From contig MU271536.1 of NCBI GenBank assembly GCA_021432655.1, positions 1 to 45,927 of the forward strand: 45,927 nt of DNA, written 5' to 3'. The first letter of the stretch is position 1. Each line of letters opens with the position of its first letter. The notes below the pieces were generated by a model. That model saw only the letters and a program-made list of their open reading frames with translations. It made no database searches and was not told the origin of the DNA. Shown piece by piece: positions 11,309 to 23,149 of this stretch. A program made the translations under genes and the position numbers. Source of the stretch: Atractiella rhizophila (Eukaryota).

Positions 11309-12334
11309 TCAATCCAATTTAATAAAAACCTCTTCGGATTGCCTTCCACGCTTGAAGCATTTCAAACCATCATCAAGTCCCTTTCCCATAATCCTCCAAA
11401 CTGGTCCTCCACTTTCTTCCTCTAGCCAAATATGTCTTTCAGGCACGATGTTCGCTCCAGGTAAGTTCTTTATCGTTCCGCACGCGATATCAACGTTGTT
11501 AGGGTCGTCGTTGAAGAGCAACGAGGTGTAGCACTTGGGACAGGCGACACGCATACCTTGTGGAGAGGAACGATACGTGAGCAACCCGGGGATCTCCTTT
11601 AAGCACTCGACTTTGACGGGCTGACCTCCAACACGAAGGTTGAAGAGCGTGTTGGGTATTTGGAGGAACGGGGTTGCAGGGCTGCTGCTCCACAATCGAC
11701 CTGTGAAAATAGTTGGATTGACCAGGATGGTAGAGGACAAATCGAATCGAATCGACGCACATTGATCACAGTGACAGATGGTGATGGTCCACCTAAATCT
11801 CCCGTTCTTATCACGCTTCCCACTGTCATCAGGCCACCCTCCTGCCTTCAATGATTCTCCTAGTTGAGATTCCACCTTGTCCGTAGGATTCGTGATTGAA
11901 TATTGGACGTGACCGCAGAAGCAACCACCTTCGAGAGAATCGGGAAGTGCCTCTTCGACTCCCAATTTCGTCATTTCGTCTGGGCCGATATAAAGCTTGG
12001 TATGCTGTACGATATCATCCTTCAGCAGAGTTGCGGAACAGATTTCGGTTTTCTTCTGCCCATCCTCAATTTTGTTATACGTCAGAGGCGTGGAGCACTT
12101 CTTGCAGAATTCACGAATTACGCCAGTCCTTGAAGAGTATTCGGCGAGCAATGACTGAGGGTCGTGGATTTGCAGTCGAGGGGCTTTGGCGAATGTCTGA
12201 AAAAATGCACCAGTGGACATGCAGCAAGAATCGCAGAAACAATGATATACATCGACATTATTCGTGCCTTCAGGATGTTCGATATCGTAGGTAATCGAGC
12301 CGCAAAGACAGCTTCCATTTAGCTTGAGTGACAT
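11309..12334 (-). CDS. Tandem GFA/CENP-V (Mss4-like) zinc-domain protein
   Basis: Two repeats of GxCxCG...CxCxxC...CxxC (GSCLCG/HCFCDSC/FCKKCST and GGCFCG/ICHCDQC/ACPKCYT); one in-frame intron ~11700-11759. Confidence 0.85.
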   Translation of the reverse strand: MSLKLNGSCLCGSITYDIEHPEGTNNVDVYHCFCDSCCMSTGAFFQTFAKAPRLQIHDPQSLLAEYSSRTGVIREFCKKCSTPLTYNKIEDGQKKTEICSATLLKDDIVQHTKLYIGPDEMTKLGVEEALPDSLEGGCFCGHVQYSITNPTDKVESQLGESLKAGGWPDDSGKRDKNGRFRWTITICHCDQCASIRFDLSSTILVNPTIFTGRLWSSSPATPFLQIPNTLFNLRVGGQPVKVECLKEIPGLLTYRSSPQGMRVACPKCYTSLLFNDDPNNVDIACGTIKNLPGANIVPERHIWLEEESGGPVWRIMGKGLDDGLKCFKRGRQSEEVFIKLD

Positions 12335-12767
12335 TGTGAAGGTTGGACGCTCTGGTCGAGTTGGGGAATGTGGATCAGGGTCAGCCTCGAAGTCACTAGC
12401 ACTGGCAGCTTGCACTCGGAGAAGGAAGGCCCCTCTTATAGGGTTGTTCAATTCAAGTTCAAGTCGTGACGCAGTGGTCGTTGAATCAAATCCGACTGCC
12501 GTGTGGCTCAACGCGCATGTTCACCTCATCAGCATATCGCGTGCATCAGCATCAACACCCAGTTGACGACCGCATGTTACATGAGCCACAAGAAGTAAGC
12601 TCCACGCCCCGTAGCTGGCTCGTTAACCAAATGTATCTGACTCGATTAGTGCTGAAGTCGCCAGGTTATCAAAGAATACTATCATTCGTTCTGAATTTCC
12701 CTATTATGTGGAATAATTCATTATCGTTGCTTTCCCCATACGATATAATTTTGTGCCATCCGTTTTC

Positions 12768-12871
12768 TCAAAGCCTAGAGGTTTCGGGATTCGCCATCAC
12801 ATAACGGTACCTGGGCTTGCCTTCATCGACTTCTTTCAACGCTTGAGCGACCTGTTCCATGGGTTTCACCT
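12768..12871 (-). pseudogene. Orphan copy of the ADH C-terminal coding tail
   Basis: Encodes VKPMEQVAQALKEVDEGKPRYRYVMANPETSRL*, matching 13836-13939. Confidence 0.85.
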
Positions 12872-13381
12872 ATCATCAGGCCACCCTCCTGCCTTCAATG
12901 ATTCTCCTAGTTGAGATTCCACCTTGTCCGTAGGATTCGTGATTGAATATTGGACGTGACCGCAGAAGCAACCACCTTCGAGAGAATCGGGAAGTGCCTC
13001 TTCGACTCCCAATTTCGTCATTTCGTCTGGGCCGATATAAAGCTTGGTATGCTGTACGATATCATCCTTCAGCAGAGTTGCGGAACAGATTTCGGTTTTC
13101 TTCTGCCCATCCTCAATTTTGTTATACGTCAGAGGCGTGGAGCACTTCTTGCAGAATTCACGAATTACGCCAGTCCTTGAAGAGTATTCAGCGAGCAATG
13201 ACTGAGGGTCGTGGATTTGCAGTCGAGGGGCTTTGGCGAATGTCTGAAAGAATGCACCGGTGGACATGCAGCAAGAATCGCAGAAGCAATGATACACATC
13301 AACATTCTTCGTGCCTTCAGGATGTTCGATATCGTACGTAATCGAGCCGCAAAGACAGCTTCCATTCAGCTTGAGTGACAT
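12866..13381 (-). pseudogene. Truncated GFA duplicate (first domain plus start of second; stop at the junction)
   Basis: Near-identical to 11826-12334; ends ...GWPDDR* across the junction. Could encode a one-domain protein. Confidence 0.75.
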
Positions 13382-13835
13382 TGTGACAAGGTAGCAACTC
13401 TGGTCGGGTTGGAGAAAGTGGATCAGGTTCAGACTTAAAGCCGCTGGCACTGGCAGCTTGGACTCGGAGAAGGAAGCACAAGAAACACACATTCCTGCCC
13501 CTCTTATAGGGTTGTTATTCAATTCAACTTCAAGTCGTGACGCAGTGGTCGAATCAAATCCGACTGCCGTGTGGCTCAACGCGCATGTTCACCTCATCAG
13601 CATATCGCGTGCATCAGCATCAACACCCAGTTGATGACCGCATGTTACATGAGCCACAAGAAGTAAGCTCCACGCCCCGTAGCTGGCTCGTTAACCAAAG
13701 GTATCTGACTCGATTAGTGCTGAAGTCGCCAAGTTATCAAAGAATACTATCATTCGTTCTGAATTTCTCTATTATGCGGAATAATTCATTATCGTTGCTC
13801 TCTGCATACGATATCATTTTGTGCCATCCATTTTC

Positions 13836-15384
13836 TCAAAGCCTAGAGGATTCGGGATTCGCCATCACATAACGGTACCTGGGCTTGCCTTCATCGACTT
13901 CTTTCAACGCTTGAGCGACCTGTTCCATGGGTTTCACCTGAACCCAAGCTTTGACGTCTTTCTCTGCAGCAAATTTGAGCATCTCCCTATTCACAGCATC
14001 CGGTGAGCACTTTCCTCTCCATCTCCTAGATCAAGAAACAAGATACTTACTCAATTTCAGCCGGAGCGCCGATTTGGCTTCCTGCCAGTTGGATTCCTAT
14101 TATCGTGGTATGAGCTCTCGCGAGTCTGATAGGAGCATAACGGAAACACGCACCTTTGGCAACAAAGGCTTGGCCGAACATGGCAGGGAACTTTTCCTCT
14201 GGTAAACCCAGGATGCAGAATGTGCCCTTGGGTGCAAGGAGTTTGAAGAAGAGGGATTCGAGGGGCATGCCCTTCCCGGAAGTGGTCGAGATGATCAAAT
14301 CGAAGGAGTTTCGGTGTTGGCGGACGACTTCGCGTTGATCCGAGTAGGAGATGTAGTTCTCCTGTAGGTAGAGTCTTCATGAGTGTCTACCGTTAGTCAT
14401 AGGACGTTACGAACCTTGGGGATACCCATCTTGACCACATCGTCCAGCTTTTTGTCGGAAGAGGAAAGAGCATAGGTATCAGCTCCCAAAGCCTTCGAGA
14501 ACATGAGTCCAAGATGACCCAGACCGCCTTTTCAGCATAGCTCATCAATAAACGACAGAAATGGTTAAGAGGAAGACGTACCAATGCCGAGTACTCCGAC
14601 TTTCTTACCGGGACCGGCTCCCCAACGCTTGAGAGGCGAATAGGTCGTGATACCCGCGCAAAGGAGAGGAGCGGCTTCCTCGCTCTTCATCACCTTGGGG
14701 ATGGGCACAGCGAAGGCGCCTTTGGTTCTCATGTAGTTTGAGTAGCCTCCCTGCGCCATGGTACCGTCCTCGAAGATTCCTTGATACGTTCCACCTGTGT
14801 CACAGTGCATGAGCAAACAATGTTTTGACTTCGACCGACGCTGCAATTTGAGGTAGGAAACGTACCGAATTTGACACAGTAAGGCACGCTACCCATCTTG
14901 CACGCTTTGCACTCGCCGCAACAGAAAGATTGGGCACCAACTCCCACTCGATCACCAACTTTGTGACGGGTATTTGAACCAGCTTCAACGACGATGCCGA
15001 TGACCTCGTGGCCACAAATCGCGGGGTATTTACTAATGTTGGACAGAGCGACTTAGCGAGGACAAGAAATGGAAGGAGGAGCCTACGTTGGCATTGGCCA
15101 GCCGTTGGTGAGGGTGTGAATGCAGGAACCGCAGATTCTTTCCAGGGTAACTTCAGCTACACTGGATTATGGAAAGTTAAACGTACCCGCAGTGTGTCTG
15201 TAAAGAACATTTAGGTTGAATGTGATTCAAAGAGAAGGAGCTGACTAACAATTTTGAGAGTAACATCGTCCTCGCTCCATTTCTTTGGGGTAAAAGAGTA
15301 AGGCTTGACATCTAGCTTCTTCCCTTCCTCCTCCGAATGAGCAGCGTAGCCTGAAAATTGTTTGGGGACCTGTTCAGAAGACAT
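13836..15384 (-). CDS. NADP-type zinc alcohol dehydrogenase (cinnamyl-ADH / yeast Adh6-like), many short exons
   Basis: CGHEVIG, VGVGAQ, CCGECKAC, GGYS, AAPLLCAGITTYSPL, GVLGIGGLGH, GSQIG, C-terminal PRYRYV. Confidence 0.9.
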
Positions 15385-15984
15385 GACGGATGATTATGAG
15401 CTCTCCAGCGTTATCAGAAGTCGAGATAAGTGCAGACCATCGTGAATCCTCGCGTGCTTTTATCGTCAGCCTCCACTTCCACTGATAGCACCGAGTGTCT
15501 AAGTGCTTCCTACCTCCACTTACGGAATGATGATATAATCTCTAAATGATTGCTTCCAGTACCACTGGTACCACTGAACCACTAAAAGCAGACTGAACGA
15601 GAAAGGGGGAACGCGGAATCTTGGAAAATGATGCCGTCAGGATTTAATGATGGGCAAGACACTAAGAGTGACAGTCTGAGTGACAGTAGCGTCAGGTAAA
15701 CAAAGTGGAACTGTTTTAGGAAAGCGCTTACCTCGAATTGCGACTGAGGCAATAAAACTGAATCAAGTGAGCTCCGACAGATCTGAGTCCCAGAAAATCG
15801 GATGACAATCGCTTGTTTCGGTTCCCGGTTCCAAGAAAGGAAAGTGCTGAAAGTTTGCCCCAGACTTTCAACTGCAAATTGTCATTGGCGCAGAGTTGAC
15901 CCCTTTCACGCCATTTCCTCCGTGATATCAGCTCAGAAACGCTCAGAGAGCGCTCTAATATCCCACGAGAATACCCTAACGACC

Positions 15985-18725
15985 ATGCTTGGATCACAAG
16001 CGCTCAACACTCCCAGACCACGACCACCTGGCTCACGCACTTCTTCCAGCAACAGCACCCAAGCGAGGAAGTCGCAGGTCAATCTGACTATTCAACCCAC
16101 TCAGGATGTGGATAATGGATTTACGACGCCCAACAAGAAGCCATATCCGTCGAACAAGCCTGAAAGTCCACTCGTGTCAGCGGCAAAGATGTTGAGCTTG
16201 AAGTTGGATAATGACGTCGACGGATCTGATAGCGAGGGTGCGCACAGGCTGGATAGGGAGTGGATAGGAGGGAAGAGCAGGGAAGAGCTAGAGCTGATGC
16301 TTCTCAACGCCGATAAGGTGATCAGGGACAGAGACAGAGGTGGGTTTCTCTTCTCTCTGCTTCAGAATTTGGCATGAATATTTTTGCGGTACAAAGATCT
16401 TTCTCTCGCTGCATCCATTGGGCAAAGCTTGCTAGAGCACAATCTCGTCCTTCGGCAACGTCAGGAAGCGTTAGAAGCCAGAGTCTCAGCTGCCACTCCT
16501 CCTGTCCGAGCTCGCGCTTCTCATCCCGCACATCCGTCCCGCCAATCTCGTACGAGCGTCTCTACTGATTCTCCCATCAGCCCGAGCCCTTCTGGCTCCG
16601 TATCTGTGGAGAATACAGCTTTACGTCCGCGTGCGTCAAGCAAGGCGAAACGTCCTGCCTGGAATTCAGGAGCAGGATCAACGGCGAGCACAGCTTCGAC
16701 TCCTACGACAGGACATTCGCCCAGTAATTCGATAAGGAGCAAACTGAGCATCTCAATCTCTTCCCGTGAACTCAACGAAGATTCCTTTCATCCTTCCTCA
16801 GCGTCAGGTGCACAGAGTCCCGCCGCCTCGGAAAGAAGCAGCTATGCCCGATCCCGCGCTTCTTCCTCTACCAATCCCCCTTCTCCTACCGCGTCCAAGA
16901 TGAACACATTCGCCTTCCCTCTGTCTCCGGAACGTCATTCAGCCGCGAACAATAGCATGATAGCGTCGCTTTCGAAGCAGAATCAGGAACTATCGGCTAA
17001 GTTAGCGGAACTAGAACAGGACGCGAAGGAGGTGGATGTGGCCGGGAAGAAGAGACTGAGGAAGTTGGAGAAGGAGTTGGGCGCGTTGAAGGGTGAATTA
17101 GATGAGGCGTTGAAGAGGAATGAGGAGTTGGAGGAGAAGGGGAAGAGGACGCCAGTACCTCCTCCCGTCGTCTCCATGCCCACCACAAACGACGATGACG
17201 TGTTTATACCCGACTCGTCTGAATCGGCACCCGAAGAAAGCACTCCAGAAACACTTTCGACTGCATCGGAAGCTGATGAAACCATTGTCGTGGAGCAACC
17301 CCTTAATGCGGATGACCTCTTGAAGGTAGATGAGACGCTGCGGCATTCTAAAGACATCTCCGCTTCCTCTGATACCACCAACGTCACTTCTTCCTCTTCA
17401 CGCTCCTCGATAATTGATCTTACGAACGAGCCGCATGAGCGTGCACTCGTCGCAGAGCTCATGAGCAAGATCGCAGAGTTGGAAGAAGCCAATCAATCGA
17501 TCGCAGCTGAGAAGTCGGCGATGGATGACAGGTTGGAGGATGCGAAAGCGGCGATGGAGAGACTGCGACAGCAGTACGAGGAGGCGGAAGAGGAATCGAA
17601 TATGCTGGAGTGGGGTGGGAGGAGAGGACTGATAGGTTGGAAGAAGAGCAAGGAAAATCTCCGAGGTGGGAAGAGGAAGGGGAACAGGGGGATGATAGAG
17701 AGGAGGAGAGCGAAGAATTCGCTCATGATTGAAGCGAGCGCGAATCAACTGCTCGCGGTCGATGGGATGAGTGGAACCATCACTCCTTCGGCATCTAACT
17801 TCAGTATCGCCTCCTCTTCCTCTGCCGCCGTCTCGCAGTTTTCGCCTACGAAGGTGAGATCGCGTCATCGATCCACCGATTCATCTTTCTCTCGTGACAA
17901 TGCCTTCACGAAGGAAGAACTAGAAACATATAGAAACAAGAGGAAAAGAAGAGAGAGGACGAGGAGCGACCTCAGCAGTGTGTCGCAGGCGAAGATCAGG
18001 TCTCTTGGTAGCGAGCTCGGCATCGTTTGGGACTCGCACGATGCCGAACGTCCACCATCACGATTGCAAATCGAGGACTTTGGCCTCGTTCCTATGCAAA
18101 TCATGGAAACTGGTCTCTCGGACGGATGGGAGGATCTGGATGATGGAGAAGAGACGGATAGGGAGAAGGTGGACCGTGAACACGGTCTTGTCAACGATTA
18201 CTTCGATGCCTCTGATAGCAAACTCTCTTCCTCCTTCGAGTCTACTCTGCACACACCTAATGCCACCGCCTTCCCTACATTCCCTTCCCCTGCGCGGCGG
18301 GCCACTAATCACGACATGCCGCCGACGATTTCAAAGCGATCCGCCGCACTTAGGAGACTTGGATTCCACGGAGAGTCATCGAATGACGAGGACTTGGATG
18401 GATACGATTACATCAGCAAGATCGACTATGATAACAGAAAGTACGGCGCGAGGGGGACAGACTATTATCCTACGGCTGTGAGGGCGAGATATGCGCCGAA
18501 GATGGTGAAAAAGAGAGTGGAGGTTGCAAGCTCCCGATATGTGGACCTCATGGTAACTTGGACAAAGTTCTTCCTTGCACGTCTTCATCTACTTCTCTGT
18601 GATGACACCATTAACTGGATCGGCGGTGGGAACAGGTCATCATCATTGCTGTCGTTTATGCAGTTTATCAAGGACCAAACAAGGCTCTCGGGCCTCAGCA
18701 TCGAGCCAAACGATACATCAATTAG
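15985..18725 (+). CDS. Uncharacterised coiled-coil protein with CC1-box-like motif and C-terminal TM anchor, 3 exons
   Basis: Introns 16340-16396 and 18577-18635 (GC-AG) give ...RDRDRDLSLAASIGQSLLEHN... and the C-terminus WTKFFLVIIIAVVYAVYQGPNKALGPQHRAKRYIN*. Confidence 0.8.
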
Positions 18726-19081
18726 ACATTCACGAACACACGCGGTCATTCGAGTCAGTCACGGCATCATCCACATCCTTACCATTGGTATTTCCATTCC
18801 AGCGCCATCCTTCTGGGCCTTCACACTTGAATCAAACTCATCTTCTTGGTGATTTGGGGCAGAGTTGACGTAGTAGACACTTTCTCTTCCTTGATTCTGA
18901 TATTTCGGTTCATCCTCTTATGTTTTGTACTAATGAAATTCGACAGTCATTTTATCAATTCATTAGCTAAGCGCTTTCATACACCGCACAATAGTTCCTA
19001 TCACGTATCCTACTCAAATTTGGTAAAACATATCAAATTATCGAAAGGAATTCAGCTCAAAACTATGCACAGCTAGTCGAA

Positions 19082-20275
19082 TCATTCCTCTCTCTTCCTT
19101 TTCTTCCCTGGACACTTCAGGTTCTCCAGCAAATTCTTGCACTTTTTCTCAAACAAAAGTTCCTCCTCGACGTCAAACTCAGTCCCAATCTCTTCCACAG
19201 CGAACCTGATCAACTCATCCCTCCTTGCTTCTGGCTTAATGCCCTCAAGGACCTCGAAGAACTTCTTCTTTCTTGCAAGGAAGAAAGGAATAGCTTTCAC
19301 GAGCTGGTGTTTCTGCCTGTCAAGATCGGCAGCTGTGATACTTGCTGGACAAGGCTACGTGAACAGTCCTTAGCTTCTCCATGCCAGTAAAGGGGTGGAA
19401 GTGTCTACAGACCTCCCCGCTTTCCTGATTGCTGCTACTTTTAAAGGCCGCAAGACGCGCTTTATGGGCTTCGATCTACAATTCCCGACACAACCAGATC
19501 AGTGACTCTAGACCAGTCTCGAAAGGGATAAATGGGCGTACTTTCTCGTCCAATTGAGCGATGTATGCTGGGAGCTCGCTTGTCTCCGGTTGCGATTTCA
19601 GGTCATGAAGAGCTAGACGTGCGCGCTAGTGAGGAACGCTTCCTTCGCGAGTTATGGATGAAGCTGACTGGCGTTGTCGTTCTTTAGCTCCTGTTTTAAA
19701 CTTGCAATCGTTCTTTTCAATTCCTCGCACTCCTGCTTCCAAGCTTCGATTTCCGACGCATCGACTGTTGGGATATCGTCCTGGGCCAACTATTCACTCT
19801 GGATAGTCAGAAAGGGCATGACACACCTGTTTGACTGCGTAGATGATTTGCTTGCCATAGGTCTTTGCTTGCAAATCTATTGCACTATGGATGCGAGTCT
19901 GCAACGATAGGTGGTAACGTACCGCCGCGATCTGCCAGCACTTGAAGAGCCTACACGATAAGGTAAACCAAAACAGATTTCGACGAGTCCTTTTATCAAA
20001 ACGCGTACCTTGGTCGTAACTGGTTTTGAAACGCTCTTCAAATTTGCAGCAATATCGGCTAAGCAGGGGAAGGGCGTAAATTGTGTTTAATAAGTGAATA
20101 AAGCATATACCAGAATTGTAAGGTCGATTGCTCTTTCGCAAATAGTCGAGAATCTGTTCAACAAACACGTTACTAAATGTTTATGAAACGACGGGCAGTG
20201 AAGAAGTGTCAAACACACTAGTGTTTCTGCCGCGTCTCCTTTCACTTGCTCGATTTTCTCTTTTTTTGGCGGCAT
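19082..20275 (-). CDS. HOP2: Homologous-pairing protein Hop2 (TBPIP), multi-exon
   Basis: ILDYLRKSNRPYNS, DIAANL, KTYGKQIIYAVKQ winged-helix motifs followed by coiled coil and RKKKF C-terminal region. Confidence 0.85.
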
Positions 20276-20476
20276 CTGTGAGCGCTAGGTGTTGCTTTAC
20301 CTTGTTGTAAGGCGGTCGAGGAGGTTGAGAAAGTCGGCAGAAGGGGACTAACTGTCTTCTGCATAAAGCGCGTCGTTTTCATCACGTGCTGGCGAGTGAT
20401 CGAAAAATTCTGTCTTGAACCGTAGACGGCAAGGAAAAGGTAGCTTAGCATCCTTCAAGGCTAGTTGCAGGAAACA

Positions 20477-22830
20477 ATGGAAGATAGAGTTGTTGGAGTT
20501 CTAGGTGGGTTCCCTTTCCCTCTGGCGACGATGGCACCTTTCTCCAACTTTTATCATTGTCATTACTTGAATCTCCAGCTTATGGGCAAGCTGAATTTGT
20601 GGAGATATCAGAAAGTATGTTGCTATGAAGCTGATGAAACAGGTTTGAGATCGGGCACATGTTCACAAAAAAGGCCCTATGCTCGAAAATTAACGGCTTC
20701 TTGAGAAGGAGTATTTCTGCCATCTCTCATCAGCTGAAGCGAGTTGTAACATTTATGGTGGTTTTATGATACTTTGAATTGGGTTCAAAGGATTATTAGC
20801 TACTTGTCGCTTTAATATATTCAATGGGCTGACATTGATGCTGCTCGATGTAGGCGGAGGACAGCTGGGTCGTATGATGGTTTCAGCAGCCTCACTTCTC
20901 CAGATTCCGGTCGTCGTCCTGGATCCCTCCCCTTCCGCACCAGCGAAGCAAATTTCTCAGCCACAGTTATTCTCCCATGCGTCATCATCAAAACTCCAGC
21001 ACGTCGATGGGCGATTCACGGATGCCTCTGCTATTCGCTCTCTGGCTTCCCAAGTCGACGTCCTCACCATCGAGATCGAGCATGTCAACGTCTCCTCGCT
21101 GAAGGGGGTCCGCGATGACAAGTCTTCAGGCCGCTTGGGGAAGGGAGTGGAGATTCGTCCCAGTCCGGAAGTTATTGAGGTCATTCAGGATAAGCTGATG
21201 CAGAAGCGGTGGCTGAGGGAAAGGAACGTTCCCGTGTCGGATTTCATGGCCATCGAATCAACTTCTCCATCGTTCGAAGGAGCGAAGCAAGAGCTGGTGA
21301 AATCCATCGCTGCCTCTGTGGACGCTTTCGGTTTGCCACTCATGCTCAAGTCTCGACACCTTGCATATGATGGACGAGGCAACTATCTCATCCGTGAAGC
21401 TTCCCAAATTCCAAAGGCAGTCGAAGCTCTCGTCTCTCCTTCTCCTGAAACTGCCTTCAGCGACCGATTGTATGCGGAACGCTTCGCCCCTTTCGTCAAA
21501 GAAATTTCAGTCATGGTGGTCCGTTCTGCGAGTGGGGAAATGAAGACCTACGACCCCGTCGAAACAGTTCACAAAGACAATATTTGCCATGTTGTCTTTT
21601 CTCCATTGCGTCCGCCCAGGGAACATACTGGTCTGGATAAAGGCCAAGATGGGAGAAGGAAGATTGGTGCAGCGCTCTTATCCAAAGCTAAAGCTGTTGG
21701 ACAAAGTGCGATTACAGCATTGGGAGATGGAGCTATTGGAGTTTTTGCGATTGAAATGTTCTTGATGGACGATGGTACGTTGTTACCAGGCTTTTCATAA
21801 TGTGAACTCATAATGTGAACACGTTGGAACAGAGACCATTTTGGTAAATGAGATTGCACCACGCCCTCACAACTCATATCACCACACGATAGAAGCCTCG
21901 CATACCTCACAATTCGCGAACCATATCCGTGCCATATTAGGTCTGCCTCTCGGCTCAGTCGATGCTGTAGCACCGTCGAGCGCGATGCTGAACATCCTCG
22001 GAATGTCTTCATCGCTCCAAGACCTGTCCCCTCTCTTACAGACGGCGCTGAAAACGGATGGCTGCCATCTCCATCTCTACGGAAAAGAAGGATGTCGGAA
22101 AGGTCGAAAGATGGGACACATCACGATTGTTGGGCAAAACGATGCTGAAGTTAAAGATCGGGTCAAACTGCTTTTAGCTACCTTACCGGAAGATGAGAAC
22201 GAGAAGAATTCGACGTCGACGATGAAGGACCTCTACACACCACTGCAGCCTGGATTCTCGCACTCCAGCCCTCTGGTCGCAATCATCATGGGCTCCGACT
22301 CTGACCTACCCGTCATGCAAGCTGCCTCTAACATTCTCTCTACCTTCTCAGTTCCTTACGAACTTTCCATTGTCTCTGCTCACCGGACTCCGCTTAGGAT
22401 GGTGGAGTTTGCTGAGACGGCGGCTCAAAGAGGAATAAGGGTCGTAATCGCAGGTGCTGGAGGAGCGGCTCATCTGCCTGGTATGGTTGCGGCCTTGACA
22501 AGCTTGCCTGTAATCGGGGTGCCTGTGAAAGGCAGTACTCTGGATGGTGTGGACAGCTTGCATAGTATCGTCCAGATGCCCGTAAGCACCACAACTCTTC
22601 TACAGGTTGATAAGAGCTCACCTGCCGTTTCGTAGCGCGGAATTCCCGTGGCGACTGTTGCAATCAATAATTCTACAAACGCTGCCCTCTTGGCCGTTCG
22701 CATCTTATCAACTTCCATCCCTTCTTTGGCAGTCGAGATGGAAGGCTACATGAAGAAGATGGAGGCAGAGGTGTTCGGGAAGATTGAAAAGCTGCAGCAA
22801 GTAGGCTGGGAAGAATATGGGAAGAAATAG
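20477..22830 (+). CDS. ADE2: Phosphoribosylaminoimidazole carboxylase (PurK-PurE fusion)
   Basis: [68 protein letters not shown]; intron 1 = 20505-20853. Confidence 0.97.
20560..20755 (+). ncRNA. Candidate intronic snoRNA-like structured RNA in ADE2 intron 1
   Basis: Two hairpins (20571-20606; AGCTGATGA 20629-37 / TCATCAGCT 20727-35), ANANNA hinge, ACA at 20749-51. Confidence 0.35.
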
Positions 22831-23149
22831 GCAGCCAACAGTGTGTACCCTTAGATATGTTGACTAGACTAGGCAATGTAGAACGTTGACTGTACAATAA
22901 GCCGTTGCAGAATCATATGTACGTGCGAGACAACATCATCACGATATGCACGGAAGAAAAACGAAGTGAAAAACGAAGACGGAGCAAAAATAACCGATCA
23001 TTATTATATTCATGTCGAACAAATCTAATCCATGCACAACGCGAAACTGTCCATCCATATGATATCATGCGCGTGAATAGTCCATCGAGTTCATCAGCAA
23101 CAGCAAATTCTCGTGTATCCGTCTCCGCATCCTCGACCATCCAAGCACA

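Larger units (their letters stand above)
11826..13939. repeat. Tandem duplication of ~1.05 kb (units 11826-12871 and 12873-13939)
   Basis: Colinear units containing the 5' half of the GFA gene, its upstream region and the 3' end of the ADH gene; junction TTCACCT-A-TCATCAGG. Confidence 0.95.

Noticed and set aside
11309..15384. GFA + Zn-ADH as a formaldehyde detoxification pair
   Set aside because: The ADH has cinnamyl-ADH/Adh6-type motifs rather than class III features; adjacency alone is weak.
15555..15690. Short repeats (ACCACT x3, GAGTGACAGT x2) upstream of ADH
   Set aside because: Too short to distinguish from chance without comparative data.
16983..18312. Long antisense ORFs opposite charged coding regions
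   Set aside because: Typical shadow frames of biased codon usage; the same applies to similar ORFs throughout the window.
8047..22830. URA5 and ADE2 as a nucleotide-biosynthesis cluster
   Set aside because: Separated by unrelated genes; no shared organisation visible.
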